From: a virus
Length of the DNA: 64,000 nucleotides
Direction: 5' to 3' (one strand)
IMG/VR virus record: IMGVR_UViG_3300019458_000022
In this document: positions 55,934 to 64,000 of the stretch, piece after piece
Layout: every line of letters begins with the position of its first letter
Position numbering within the stretch: position 1 is the stretch's first letter
The notes under the pieces: generated by a model
Told to the model about the DNA's origin: nothing
Database searches by the model: none
The model's input: only the letters and a program-made list of their open reading frames with translations
Program-made: the position numbers and the translations under genes

Positions 55934-56427
55934 TATCCCTTCTCCTCACCCGCGAGCGCGAAAAGCGCCCTCAGTTCCCGGATGACAAGGTCGGCGGTCG
56001 CAAGCTCCCTCGGGATCGCTTGCAGCGTCTCCTTGATGTGGGCGAGATAGCCCCGAAAGACCTCGTCGGAATGCTTGAGAAAGAGGAGCTTGATCTGGAT
56101 CTTGCAGGAATTGATCGGCGCGAAAGGGGACGCCATTCGGTTCGGGAGAACCCTGGGAACCGGCAGGATTTCACCATAGAAGATCCCGGCTCGCTCCTGG
56201 GCGCGCCCGATCTGGAAATACCGACGAGAGTTCTTCAGTACCTCCATGATGTCCTTGGGTTCCGGGTCGATGAAGTGTTGAGGACCCTTGAGCGGGTATC
56301 GGTCATAGAGAGCGTTCGCCTTCTCGTCGAGGAGCTTCACCATATCGGATACCTGGGTGAGCTTAGCCTTCCACTCCTCCTCGGGTGGAAGGCGATCGAG
56401 GAGAGCCTTGATGGAATCCATCGACAT
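55933..56427 (-). CDS. hypothetical protein
   Basis: GGAGG RBS. Confidence 0.6.
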   Translation of the reverse strand: MSMDSIKALLDRLPPEEEWKAKLTQVSDMVKLLDEKANALYDRYPLKGPQHFIDPEPKDIMEVLKNSRRYFQIGRAQERAGIFYGEILPVPRVLPNRMASPFAPINSCKIQIKLLFLKHSDEVFRGYLAHIKETLQAIPRELATADLVIRELRALFALAGEEKG

Positions 56428-56503
56428 CCTCCTTCCTCTTTCGACCGGCGCCGCAGGCAAGCGATTCTTCGCTTTCGCTCACTGCCTCCGTCATGGGACC
56501 TCG

Positions 56504-56722
56504 TTAGTCCGGGTATTTCTTCCTGGGATAGGCGTCCATCTGATCGGCGCACTTCATGATCTCGCGCGCGGCCTCATCCTGACCGGCCGCCTTGACCAGC
56601 GCCGCGTAGTAGCGGACGGCCGCCGACGCCAGACGATCCTGCCCGCGCAGGAGGAAAAGCGGCTCGCCCTCCGGGATTTCCTTCCCCTCCACCGTGATCC
56701 GGCCGTACTTGGTCTGAGACAT
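56504..56722 (-). CDS. small conserved phage protein
   Basis: EPLFLLRGQDRLA...RYYA; AGGAG RBS; open in frame upstream to 56878. Confidence 0.7.
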   Translation of the reverse strand: MSQTKYGRITVEGKEIPEGEPLFLLRGQDRLASAAVRYYAALVKAAGQDEAAREIMKCADQMDAYPRKKYPD

Positions 56723-56874
56723 TCCCCTTCTCCTGAAACTAAGCCCTTCGGTACCATCCATCGGCCTCCAACCGGCCGCGTCCGTGCAGCATTTGTAGTG
56801 ATGCGGCCCAGCCTCGGTCCTCCGGCATGTTCCAAGGTCCCGGTCCACCTGGAGACAAATGGCGCATCTTTCGT

Positions 56875-57159
56875 TCATGAATACCCGAGCGGGAGTTCGC
56901 TTACCGGCACCCATCGCGATTTCTGCTTGGGCGGGGATTCTCCCGGCGGATAAAGCAGCTTGAGCACCTCGTCCCTGTTCGGGAGTGACTCGACGGCCTG
57001 TCTCATGCGGCGCCGCTCGGCCTTGACCGCCTCCTTGACCGACTCCGCCGGATTCGATTCGCGCTCCAGAAGCTTGGCCTTGAGGTACGCGATGCATTCG
57101 GCAGCCCGGTGGATTCCATCCGGGTCAGAAACGATTCCCCCGCAGGTATGGCAGGTCAT
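56875..57159 (-). CDS. hypothetical protein, N-terminal Zn finger
   Basis: CHTC...H...C. Confidence 0.55.
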   Translation of the reverse strand: MTCHTCGGIVSDPDGIHRAAECIAYLKAKLLERESNPAESVKEAVKAERRRMRQAVESLPNRDEVLKLLYPPGESPPKQKSRWVPVSELPLGYS

Positions 57160-57170
57160 CCGTAAATCCC

Positions 57171-57542
57171 TCAACGCTGCATGAACTGGTCGCGGGCGAG
57201 TTCGACGGCCTGTTCCGGCGTGAATCCGGCCTTCACGAACTCATCCACGTACGTCCGGTAGATCTTGGCAACGATGGGCGCGACGATCTGGGTCTTCGCA
57301 AGGTAGTCTTCGTGCTGCGATCGGATCTGCTCCGGACTGGACGGCTCGGCTGGGACTTCTGGTGCTGCCTGCATAAAACCCTCGCTTACGGAGCTTTTTG
57401 ACGGAGGACGGCCCTGCAATGACCTTTTAAGCTCAGACGAGACTTCCCGTCGAACGATAAGGCGCTTGAAAGAGGGCCAGATCTTGAGCAATAAGCCCGC
57501 AAGCAGGACTCCGATGACGATCAGGATAAGCGACTCATCCAT
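57171..57542 (-). CDS. membrane-anchored hypothetical protein
   Basis: N-terminal TM. Confidence 0.65.
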   Translation of the reverse strand: MDESLILIVIGVLLAGLLLKIWPSFKRLIVRREVSSELKRSLQGRPPSKSSVSEGFMQAAPEVPAEPSSPEQIRSQHEDYLAKTQIVAPIVAKIYRTYVDEFVKAGFTPEQAVELARDQFMQR

Positions 57543-58006
57543 CAGGCGTCGCCCTTAACCGCTTCTTCGTGCGCACGGAGACGTTCCAGGATCTCCCGTC
57601 CGGCCTCGCACTTGAGCAAGTCCTTCGTCCGGGCGACCTCGATCCAGAGCTTCGACATGTCCCCGGAACCGGAGGCCGGGTGCTTGAGGACCGCGTCGAG
57701 CAGGCGCTCCAACTGCTCCCGATAGGCGACCGCGGGAGCGAGCGCCAGCGTCCGCTCGCGTTCGGTTGCCTTTTCTATATCCTGGCGCAGATCCGTAACG
57801 AGTGCCTGCCAACGGTCGCATTCGGCGCGCGCCTCGGCGACGGATGCTTCGACCTTGGACATGGCTTCCGCTTCCAAACCGGCCCGCTGCTCTTCAAGTG
57901 CCGATTGGATGGTCTCGACGATCACCTTGGAATGGAAGAACGAGACCTGAAGCCGCTTCTCGCTCAGCTTGGCGACGGCGATTCGGGCGTGTTCTTCCGG
58001 GGTCAT
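57542..58006 (-). CDS. coiled-coil hypothetical protein
   Basis: AGGAG RBS, ATG 58006. Confidence 0.65.
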   Translation of the reverse strand: MTPEEHARIAVAKLSEKRLQVSFFHSKVIVETIQSALEEQRAGLEAEAMSKVEASVAEARAECDRWQALVTDLRQDIEKATERERTLALAPAVAYREQLERLLDAVLKHPASGSGDMSKLWIEVARTKDLLKCEAGREILERLRAHEEAVKGDA

Positions 58007-58014
58007 AAGCGCTC

Positions 58015-58500
58015 CTATTTCAGGAACTTGAGCATCTCGACGGCTCTCGCGGGGGAACACGCCTCGTGCGCCTCCTTCTCCGCCTGGACCGTAAGGACGG
58101 CTCCCGTCTTCGCGAGGACGCGCTCGACGAGGGCGACGGTAAGACCCTGGCCGGGTGCGAGCACAGAGTCGAGTTCGTCCCGGAGGATGCCCATCGTCTG
58201 GCAGAACCCGGCCTTCGACTCATGGTCGCTCATCTTGTCTCGGATATATTCCATGAAGCCCGGGAGCATGCAGCGGCCCTGTTGGATGCCGAGCCTCGTT
58301 TCGAGGTCTTGGGCGACCCTGTGCGCTACCGATTCCGGCGGAAGCCCCGTCCGCTCGGCCTCGGCCTTCCAGCACCGGCCGAATCCCTCGACATCCGGAT
58401 TCGTCCGGTAGATTCCCAGGCAATACTTGAGGAACGCGGCCTCCGGCCACTTCAGGCGCTTGAGGTCGAATGCCCTGCCGGTGATCGTCGTATAGATCAT
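58015..58500 (-). CDS. hypothetical protein with C-terminal XRE-like HTH
   Basis: FCQTMGILRDELDSVL...LTVALVERVL. Confidence 0.6.
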   Translation of the reverse strand: MIYTTITGRAFDLKRLKWPEAAFLKYCLGIYRTNPDVEGFGRCWKAEAERTGLPPESVAHRVAQDLETRLGIQQGRCMLPGFMEYIRDKMSDHESKAGFCQTMGILRDELDSVLAPGQGLTVALVERVLAKTGAVLTVQAEKEAHEACSPARAVEMLKFLK

Positions 58501-58503
58501 GGA

Positions 58504-58797
58504 TCACTCCGAAAAAATAGCGAGCGTGATCTCGTCCAGCCCGAATCCGACCCGGGCGCCGTTCTCCTGGATGACCCGTTCCAGCATCTTGACGTCGCGG
58601 GTCGTCAGGAGATCGTTCCGGGCGCTCAGGTCGAATCCGTTCCTGCCGTCGAGGAGCCTCACGTCGGCGACTTCAAAGCCGATCTTCCTGAGGTTCTCGC
58701 TGAGTGCGTCTACGAGATTCTGCCGGTTGACGGAACTGTCGAGATCCACGACCCCGATTTCAAGGCGCACCGTCTCCTCCCTTCTTCGCCTTTTCAA
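58504..58797 (-). CDS. hypothetical protein
   Basis: ORF track; start uncertain. Confidence 0.55.
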   Translation of the reverse strand: MKRRRREETVRLEIGVVDLDSSVNRQNLVDALSENLRKIGFEVADVRLLDGRNGFDLSARNDLLTTRDVKMLERVIQENGARVGFGLDEITLAIFSE

Positions 58798-59185
58798 GAA
58801 GCTTCGCGATCGCCTGTGGCGGATCGCTGGCCAGAAGCGTGTTCCCCACCCGCTTCCACCAGGTCTGGTCTTCGGCGTGGAACAGCCGGTCCTCCGGCTT
58901 GTCGAGCACGCAGGATGCGAACGTGAGGATCGCGTCCACGTCTGCGGCCATCGGTTTCTTGGCGTTCCTCGCGGCCCCCTTTTCGAGAGCGGTCAACTTC
59001 CTCCTCAAATCGTCCAGTTCCGTTCTCCAAAGCTGGTTCGTCCGTTCGACGGTTTTGTAGGCGGCCTGCAACGCCTTGAGCTTCCCTTCGTTCTCGGAAC
59101 AGGATTCCCGTAGCTCCTTGTTCTCCTTCTCCAGGCCCTCGATCCTGGCCAGAAGTTCCGATTCCCGGTCGCTTTTGCCGCTCAT
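58760..59185 (-). CDS. coiled-coil hypothetical protein
   Basis: heptad-rich. Confidence 0.65.
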   Translation of the reverse strand: MSGKSDRESELLARIEGLEKENKELRESCSENEGKLKALQAAYKTVERTNQLWRTELDDLRRKLTALEKGAARNAKKPMAADVDAILTFASCVLDKPEDRLFHAEDQTWWKRVGNTLLASDPPQAIAKLLEKAKKGGDGAP

Positions 59186-59685
59186 GCCGACACCTTCCGG
59201 AAGCGTTCAAGGGACTTCGCTTGCGCCACGTAGAGCGGATGCCTCGGATGCCCTTCCTTGGTCGTGCCGAAGCAGTGGAGCTTGATCCCGTGGAGGAGTT
59301 GCAAGACCTCCCGGTCCCGGTTCCGGCAGGCTCCGTGGATACCCCAGGCCGCAACCACGATGTCGGCGCGCCGCGCGGCCTCCAAAATATACCGGTCATT
59401 TTCGGGACCGACCGGATCGCTGTGCTCGTAAAGAGCGTCCGGATCGGTCGAACGAAGCGCGAAGATGTTGACGACTTCGAGGGACCGGTGCCGGAACTTG
59501 TTCATGGAGAACCCGATGCACCTGCGGATGGTCGGGTCGTCGGTCTCGGCCGTCGCCGTGCTCGGGTTAAGGAGGATGAAGACCGTCCTGCCGTCCCCGG
59601 AATCCCATTCGCGGGTCAGGCTGTAGCGGTATTTCTGCGAAGGGTCGAACTTCGCCGTTCCGCGACGGAATAGATCGAGGTTCAC
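59182..59685 (-). CDS. DUF1643 family protein
   Basis: YRYSLTREW, LLNPSTA, DDPTIRRC, VVAAWG, PRHPLY. Confidence 0.85.
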   Translation of the reverse strand: MNLDLFRRGTAKFDPSQKYRYSLTREWDSGDGRTVFILLNPSTATAETDDPTIRRCIGFSMNKFRHRSLEVVNIFALRSTDPDALYEHSDPVGPENDRYILEAARRADIVVAAWGIHGACRNRDREVLQLLHGIKLHCFGTTKEGHPRHPLYVAQAKSLERFRKVSA

Positions 59686-59689
59686 GGGT

Positions 59690-60241
59690 TCACGACCACC
59701 GGCGTTTCGAGCCCTTCAAGTCGAAGAGCGTCGGGCCAAGGTCCATCCTGATCCGCATGGGGGATTCCAGCGAGATTCTGGGCCAGATCGAGATGAACGC
59801 CTCGTACGAATCCTGGGACGAAATACGGTGCTTTTCAGGAAACGGAAGAAGGAAGACGCGGTCCGGCGGCAACCAGCGCTTCCTCCGCACGATCGGAACC
59901 ATGGATCGGCGTTCGAGGGTGCCGAAAGAAGCCAGGTACTTCGGTGACTTGTCCCAGATTGAGAACGAGATGCCGACGCACGCCTTCTCGACAAGACGCC
60001 CGATATCGGGCTCGGTCCCATCGAGGATGGAGACCTGGAGCCATCCCCATTCAGCCTTGAGCGGCATCCCCAACTGAGACCCGAGTTCGCAATTCGTGTC
60101 CTCCCGGGTCTTGCCATGCTGCCCGCGCGGATACGTGAAGAACGGAAAGACGCCGGTAACGGGCCCTGCCAAGAATCGGAAGGTATCCCACATCGTATGG
60201 TTCCGCGGAACGAGTTCCGGTTCTAAACGTGGCACCGTCAC
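59690..60241 (-). CDS. hypothetical protein
   Basis: ORF track; overlap packing. Confidence 0.55.
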   Translation of the reverse strand: MTVPRLEPELVPRNHTMWDTFRFLAGPVTGVFPFFTYPRGQHGKTREDTNCELGSQLGMPLKAEWGWLQVSILDGTEPDIGRLVEKACVGISFSIWDKSPKYLASFGTLERRSMVPIVRRKRWLPPDRVFLLPFPEKHRISSQDSYEAFISIWPRISLESPMRIRMDLGPTLFDLKGSKRRWS

Positions 60242-60549
60242 CGCCTCTTCCTCCTTGGCTTGCAGGATGCCTTCTTCGTCATCCCTGGCCTCAGGATGCC
60301 GTACGTGAGGAAGACGCCCGGTTCCGGCGACTCCTGCCAGAACGTGCCCTTGACGAAACAGGAGGGCGGGCGCTGCCGGAACCTGAAGGACGTCGAGGTC
60401 TCGCGGCTCGTGTAGATCCGATCGGCGTAATCCCGGGCGACGGCGACAGCGTCCTCGAACGTTTCGACCTCAGGATGGTCCTTCGAGACGATCACCGTCT
60501 GCATGGCTTTTCGTTTCCACTGGGCGGGAGTCCAACGCCGGTTTCCCAC
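60238..60549 (-). CDS. hypothetical basic protein
   Basis: follows operator-8 promoter. Confidence 0.55.
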   Translation of the reverse strand: MGNRRWTPAQWKRKAMQTVIVSKDHPEVETFEDAVAVARDYADRIYTSRETSTSFRFRQRPPSCFVKGTFWQESPEPGVFLTYGILRPGMTKKASCKPRRKRR

Positions 60550-60577
60550 GCTCGTCTCCGAATCCCCTCAAATCCTA

Positions 60578-60595
60578 ACACATGTTCACAGGTGT
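60578..60595. promoter_or_regulatory. palindromic operator 8 filling spacer of TTGATT-N18-TAGGAT (minus)
   Basis: ACACATGTTCACAGGTGT. Confidence 0.75.
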
Positions 60596-60702
60596 AATCA
60601 AGGAATGAAGAAACTGCTTCTTCGGCGGCTTCGGCGACGAGACGGCGCCACCGGGCCCAGGGATTTCGGCCGATCCGGACATTGCCATCACCGGATCTAC
60701 CG

Positions 60703-60885
60703 CTATGCCTGGGCCGGTTCCTCATGCCGCGTGAGGACGCCGGTCACGACCCCGTCCGTCCAGCCCCACCGCTTCATCTGGACCTGCCCCCATGCCCGAG
60801 CTTCGTCCTCGTTCGGAGCTTCGATCTCCACCGAGGTCTCGGGAACGCCGGATTCCCCGCTTTTCATGGTCACGCGGAACTTCAT
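60703..60885 (-). CDS. small hypothetical protein
   Basis: AGGAGG RBS. Confidence 0.65.
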   Translation of the reverse strand: MKFRVTMKSGESGVPETSVEIEAPNEDEARAWGQVQMKRWGWTDGVVTGVLTRHEEPAQA

Positions 60886-60897
60886 GCGGCCTCCTTC

Positions 60898-61107
60898 CTA
60901 TTCCACGAGCACCGTGCAGTTCTCAGAATGCGCGTGCGCTTCATCGCAGGCCACCCGGCGCCAGGCGCCGTCGTAATTTAGCCCGCAGACCGGGCAGAAC
61001 CAGACCTCGCGTTTCGAGTCGAGGCGCTCCATCCGCCTGCCGCATCGGCATCGCTTGAATGGCCGCGCACGCTCAGTCTGCTCTCGTCCGGGCATTCCGA
61101 CCCCCAT
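60898..61107 (-). CDS. small Zn ribbon
   Basis: CRCG...WFCPVCG. Confidence 0.5.
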   Translation of the reverse strand: MGVGMPGREQTERARPFKRCRCGRRMERLDSKREVWFCPVCGLNYDGAWRRVACDEAHAHSENCTVLVE

Positions 61108-61264
61108 TCCGGCATCGCTCGCAGCGGTATTCGTGGCCCCGGATCACCCAGCCCTTACGGATCGCTTCCCGGAGCATCTCGGCGTAGCTCCCGAGTTGCG
61201 GGATCGTCGTTTGGCATCTCCCGCACCTAAGCAGGGCAAAGGACAGCAGATTCTTCATGGTCAT
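61073..61264 (-). CDS. small Zn ribbon
   Basis: RCGRC...YRCERC. Confidence 0.5.
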   Translation of the reverse strand: MTMKNLLSFALLRCGRCQTTIPQLGSYAEMLREAIRKGWVIRGHEYRCERCRNGGRNARTRAD

Positions 61265-61476
61265 GCCGTCTTGAGCGCATCCTCTACGCCGATTACCGCC
61301 TCGATGATGTCGGCCGGGAGCGCGGTTCCGGTTTCCAGGTGCGAGCGGACTCGGTAGGCGAGTAGTTCGAGCGCGCGCTCCCGGGCGAGCCTGATCCGCC
61401 GCGCGAGCGCTTTCATTTCTGCCCACTGGCGCTTCGTCAAGTGCCAGCACTGATCGACCGAGCGGCATCCGCACAT
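61261..61476 (-). CDS. hypothetical protein
   Basis: AGGAGACGAGG RBS. Confidence 0.55.
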   Translation of the reverse strand: MCGCRSVDQCWHLTKRQWAEMKALARRIRLARERALELLAYRVRSHLETGTALPADIIEAVIGVEDALKTA

Positions 61477-61492
61477 GACCTCGTCTCCTGAC

Positions 61493-62158
61493 TTACCCTT
61501 CCGATAGCGGCATGATCACGGCCTCGACCTCGAATCCGAGATCCTTGTTCTTGCCGCGGATGACCATGCCTTGCAAGACGGAAGGCGCATCATCCGGGCG
61601 TTTCTTGTCCGGATAGAATTCCAGCGTCACCCGCCCATTCCGTCCAAGGATCTCGGAGATCGCGAAGAGCAGGTTGGCCAGGATTGCCGGATTGAAGTCC
61701 ATCGCCATGATAGGCGCCCCCTTGGGGAAAACGCCAGGCACCGGCGGAAACTTGCAGTGCTCTTCGCTGTCGGGAATGATCGGGCTGACCCGCTTCATCC
61801 GGTGGTCGTTCGTGGTCGAAGCGAAAGTGATTTCCTCCTTCTCCAGGGTCGCCCCCGCGTATTCCGAGCCAGTCACGCTCTTCTGCTTTGGGATCTCGCG
61901 CAGGATGCGCCCGAATACCTGTGCGTTGACGAGCGCGCGATTGGAGCCATTGGCCTTGGGATCGAAACCGCGGATCTTGGGCAATTCCCATTCTTCCTTC
62001 CGGGCGGTCACCTGGAGGGCGCGTTTCCCGTCCGTCGCCGTGAGACGGAACTTGTCCTTCCCGGCGTCCTCGATGAGGACGCAAGAAATGGCATACCGGT
62101 GCGGTTCGGTGCTCGCGATTCTGGAAATGGCGTGAAGCGACCTGTGGATCAGAAGCAT
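61493..62158 (-). CDS. truncated DNA polymerase III beta-clamp-like protein
   Basis: ASTEPHRYAISCVLIE, LTATDGKRA, KFPPV, FNPAIL; 221 aa. Confidence 0.6.
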   Translation of the reverse strand: MLLIHRSLHAISRIASTEPHRYAISCVLIEDAGKDKFRLTATDGKRALQVTARKEEWELPKIRGFDPKANGSNRALVNAQVFGRILREIPKQKSVTGSEYAGATLEKEEITFASTTNDHRMKRVSPIIPDSEEHCKFPPVPGVFPKGAPIMAMDFNPAILANLLFAISEILGRNGRVTLEFYPDKKRPDDAPSVLQGMVIRGKNKDLGFEVEAVIMPLSEG

Positions 62159-62173
62159 GGATTCTTACCTTCC

Positions 62174-63697
62174 TCAGACCGTTCGGACCCTGATCCGGAA
62201 TCCCTTCTCTTCGAGCGCCAGGAACCGATTCTCGAACTTGTCGAACTCGTCCTGCGTCATGAGGACGATGTGCTCCCCCTTCTTGTCGGCGTGGAGAAGA
62301 CGCCCGACCCGCTGACCTTCCTGGCGCCGGGAACTTCCGTGGAAATCGACCTCGATGACCTTCCTGAGATTCGGGAGCGAAAGCCCTTCGTCGCCCACGC
62401 GCGAGACGACCGCCACGTCCGTCGAACGAAGCGTCTCCAGCCGGTTCTGGGTCTCGCCGTGGACGTGCGGGCACTTGAGGCGCCGGGCGACCTCGGCGCC
62501 CTTGTCGATCCCGTCGCAGAAGACGACGGTCATCCCCTTGACGTCCTTGGCCTCGGTCGCGGTGATGGCGACCTTGTTCTCCCACTTCTTGACGATCCGA
62601 ACCTCGATGTCGGGCGGCTTGATCTTGCCGCTCCGCACGAACTCGCCCCAATCGACGCCGATCGGGAACCCCGTGAGCGCCATGATGTAGGGCTCGCGCC
62701 CGTCTTCTCGGTTCGGCGTCGCGCTGAGACCCAGCCGGTACTTGGTCCGGACCGAGGCGAGCCGTGAGAACTTGTTCGCGGGCAGCCTGTGCGCCTCGTC
62801 GAAGATGATGAGCGCGTACTGGTTCTGCTGGACCCGTTCCCACGAATGGTAGGTGATGATCTCGACATCGGTCCTGAGCTTGAGATCGAGCTTTTTTTGG
62901 AGTTCGTCTTCCCATTGCTCCTTGAGGATGACCGTGGGCACGACGATGAGCTTCGGACCCTTGATGTTCGCGATCGCGTAGATCCCGAGCACGGTCTTGC
63001 CCTGGCCCCACGGCCAGTAAACGCCCACGGCGCCGTACTGTAGAAGCTTCTGCCAGGCGCTTTTCTGGTACTCGTAGAGATTGGCCAGCACCCCCGTGGG
63101 CTTGATCTCCCGGAGGTCGGATGGCTCGACCGGCTTCGGCCGGAACGGAAGCGTCCCCGCGTCGATGAGCGCGGCCATGAGGTGGAACTCGTGGCCCTTC
63201 CTGATCCGAAATTCGTTGGCACCCGTCTGCCCCCAGAGATGCTGTCCGAACTTCTCCGCGACCGCGAGCGTGGTCTTGAGGCGCCCTTCCTCGACGGACG
63301 CCTCGAAGGGTTCCGGCAGCTTGAGCTTGGACTTCAGGTCCCCGGGGATCTCCGTAAACCACATCGAGTAGCGATTGACGACAAAGCAGTTGTACGTATC
63401 CGTCGATTGCTGGAGCCATCCCACGGAGAGACCGACCCAGCGCGGGATGAGGACCCACCACTCGTCCCGCGACTTCGGAAGGATGAGCCACGGCTCCTTG
63501 AGGAATTTCTTGACCTCTTCGATGTCGATCGCGAGATACCGGTTGAGTTCGGAGACGACCGCCTGTACATCGCTTTCCAGCGTATGGACGTGGTCCTTGA
63601 GCGCGGTGACGGCCTCGATCGCGCGGTCCGCCAGCTTCCGCGCCGACGCCCTCTCCGGCTGTTGGGCGATCGCCTTCTTCTCCTCAATCGTTTCCAT
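62174..63697 (-). CDS. SF2 helicase, XPB/Rad25-like
   Basis: LYEYQ, WGQGKT, DEAH, GLSATP.REDG, DEGLSLP, QRVGRL. Confidence 0.85.
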   Translation of the reverse strand: METIEEKKAIAQQPERASARKLADRAIEAVTALKDHVHTLESDVQAVVSELNRYLAIDIEEVKKFLKEPWLILPKSRDEWWVLIPRWVGLSVGWLQQSTDTYNCFVVNRYSMWFTEIPGDLKSKLKLPEPFEASVEEGRLKTTLAVAEKFGQHLWGQTGANEFRIRKGHEFHLMAALIDAGTLPFRPKPVEPSDLREIKPTGVLANLYEYQKSAWQKLLQYGAVGVYWPWGQGKTVLGIYAIANIKGPKLIVVPTVILKEQWEDELQKKLDLKLRTDVEIITYHSWERVQQNQYALIIFDEAHRLPANKFSRLASVRTKYRLGLSATPNREDGREPYIMALTGFPIGVDWGEFVRSGKIKPPDIEVRIVKKWENKVAITATEAKDVKGMTVVFCDGIDKGAEVARRLKCPHVHGETQNRLETLRSTDVAVVSRVGDEGLSLPNLRKVIEVDFHGSSRRQEGQRVGRLLHADKKGEHIVLMTQDEFDKFENRFLALEEKGFRIRVRTV

Positions 63698-63941
63698 CTG
63701 TCCCTTCCCTTTTCCGCGCTCCAAGGCGCGAGATGACCGTCCGCGCGTCCTTCCGCGATCTGAATTCCGCCGTTAGCACCGTGAACGTGTTCTTGAGCAG
63801 GAGGCGATGGCATTCGGCAGGAACTTGACCGACCGTGAGGAAGGTCGTGAAGAACGACCCCTCTCGGATACGTATGCCGAATGTCCCGTCACCGAGACGT
63901 TCGGCTTTGTAGGAAACCTTGGTCGGTCCCAGCGCTCCCAC
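63684..63941 (-). CDS. hypothetical protein
   Basis: GTG start with AGGAG RBS. Confidence 0.55.
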   Translation of the reverse strand: MGALGPTKVSYKAERLGDGTFGIRIREGSFFTTFLTVGQVPAECHRLLLKNTFTVLTAEFRSRKDARTVISRLGARKREGTDGND

Positions 63942-64000
63942 TCGCTCCTCTTCCAGATCCGCCCTAGTTCATGATTTCAGCCACTTGAGCATCGCGTGCT

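Noticed and set aside
61590-63491. 633-aa minus-strand ORF (and similar 4884-6566, 51322-52689)
   Set aside because: R/P/G/A-rich alternate frames overlapping genes with clear motifs
1-64000. Genome-wide TAG reassignment (code 15) or pyrrolysine
   Set aside because: TAG ends many genes directly before the next RBS/start (e.g. 829-831, 205-207); only one internal TAG seen; no pyl genes or suppressor tRNA found
1-64000. CRISPR array, tRNA, rRNA, IS, integrase
   Set aside because: No regularly spaced repeats, cloverleaf/T-loop context or DDE/tyrosine recombinase motifs seen by eye; a tRNAscan/CRISPR scan would be decisive

Overview
GC-rich (~65%) window of about 115 tightly packed, mostly short ORFs, all but one (47443-48225) on the minus strand. 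This fits the non-structural/accessory region of a large (jumbo-type) phage or phage-like megaplasmid; no capsid, terminase, integrase, tRNA, rRNA or CRISPR array was found. A weak host hint (Planctomycetota-like secreted protein and ubiquitin-like domain) is inference only. Two repeated cis-regulatory systems are readable in the DNA. (1) Six near-identical sigma54 (-24/-12) promoters, TGGCACACGTTTTGC, each with upstream CTGCCA/TGGCAG inverted repeats (candidate enhancer), drive gene blocks between 2.5 and 24 kb. (2) Eight copies of an 18-bp palindrome, ACA-N2-TGTTAACA-N2-TGT, each overlap a sigma70 promoter between 14.6 and 60.6 kb; two precede XRE-HTH genes. Cargo includes likely anti-defence genes (AcrIII-1/DUF1874 ring nuclease, two AcrVA2/FinQ-like paralogs, DUF932, two Mesh1-like HD hydrolases, a ubiquitin-like fusion, an RNA ligase with one in-frame amber codon, a GNAT-ART-like fusion), two GHKL-ATPase+HExxH proteins, map and def, Csp, an AAA+ ATPase, an XPB-like helicase, a beta-clamp-like protein and a ~12-gene glycosyl/methyltransferase cluster. 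Family calls come from motif recognition by eye, not database searches; starts were adjusted from the ORF track using RBS/overlap logic.
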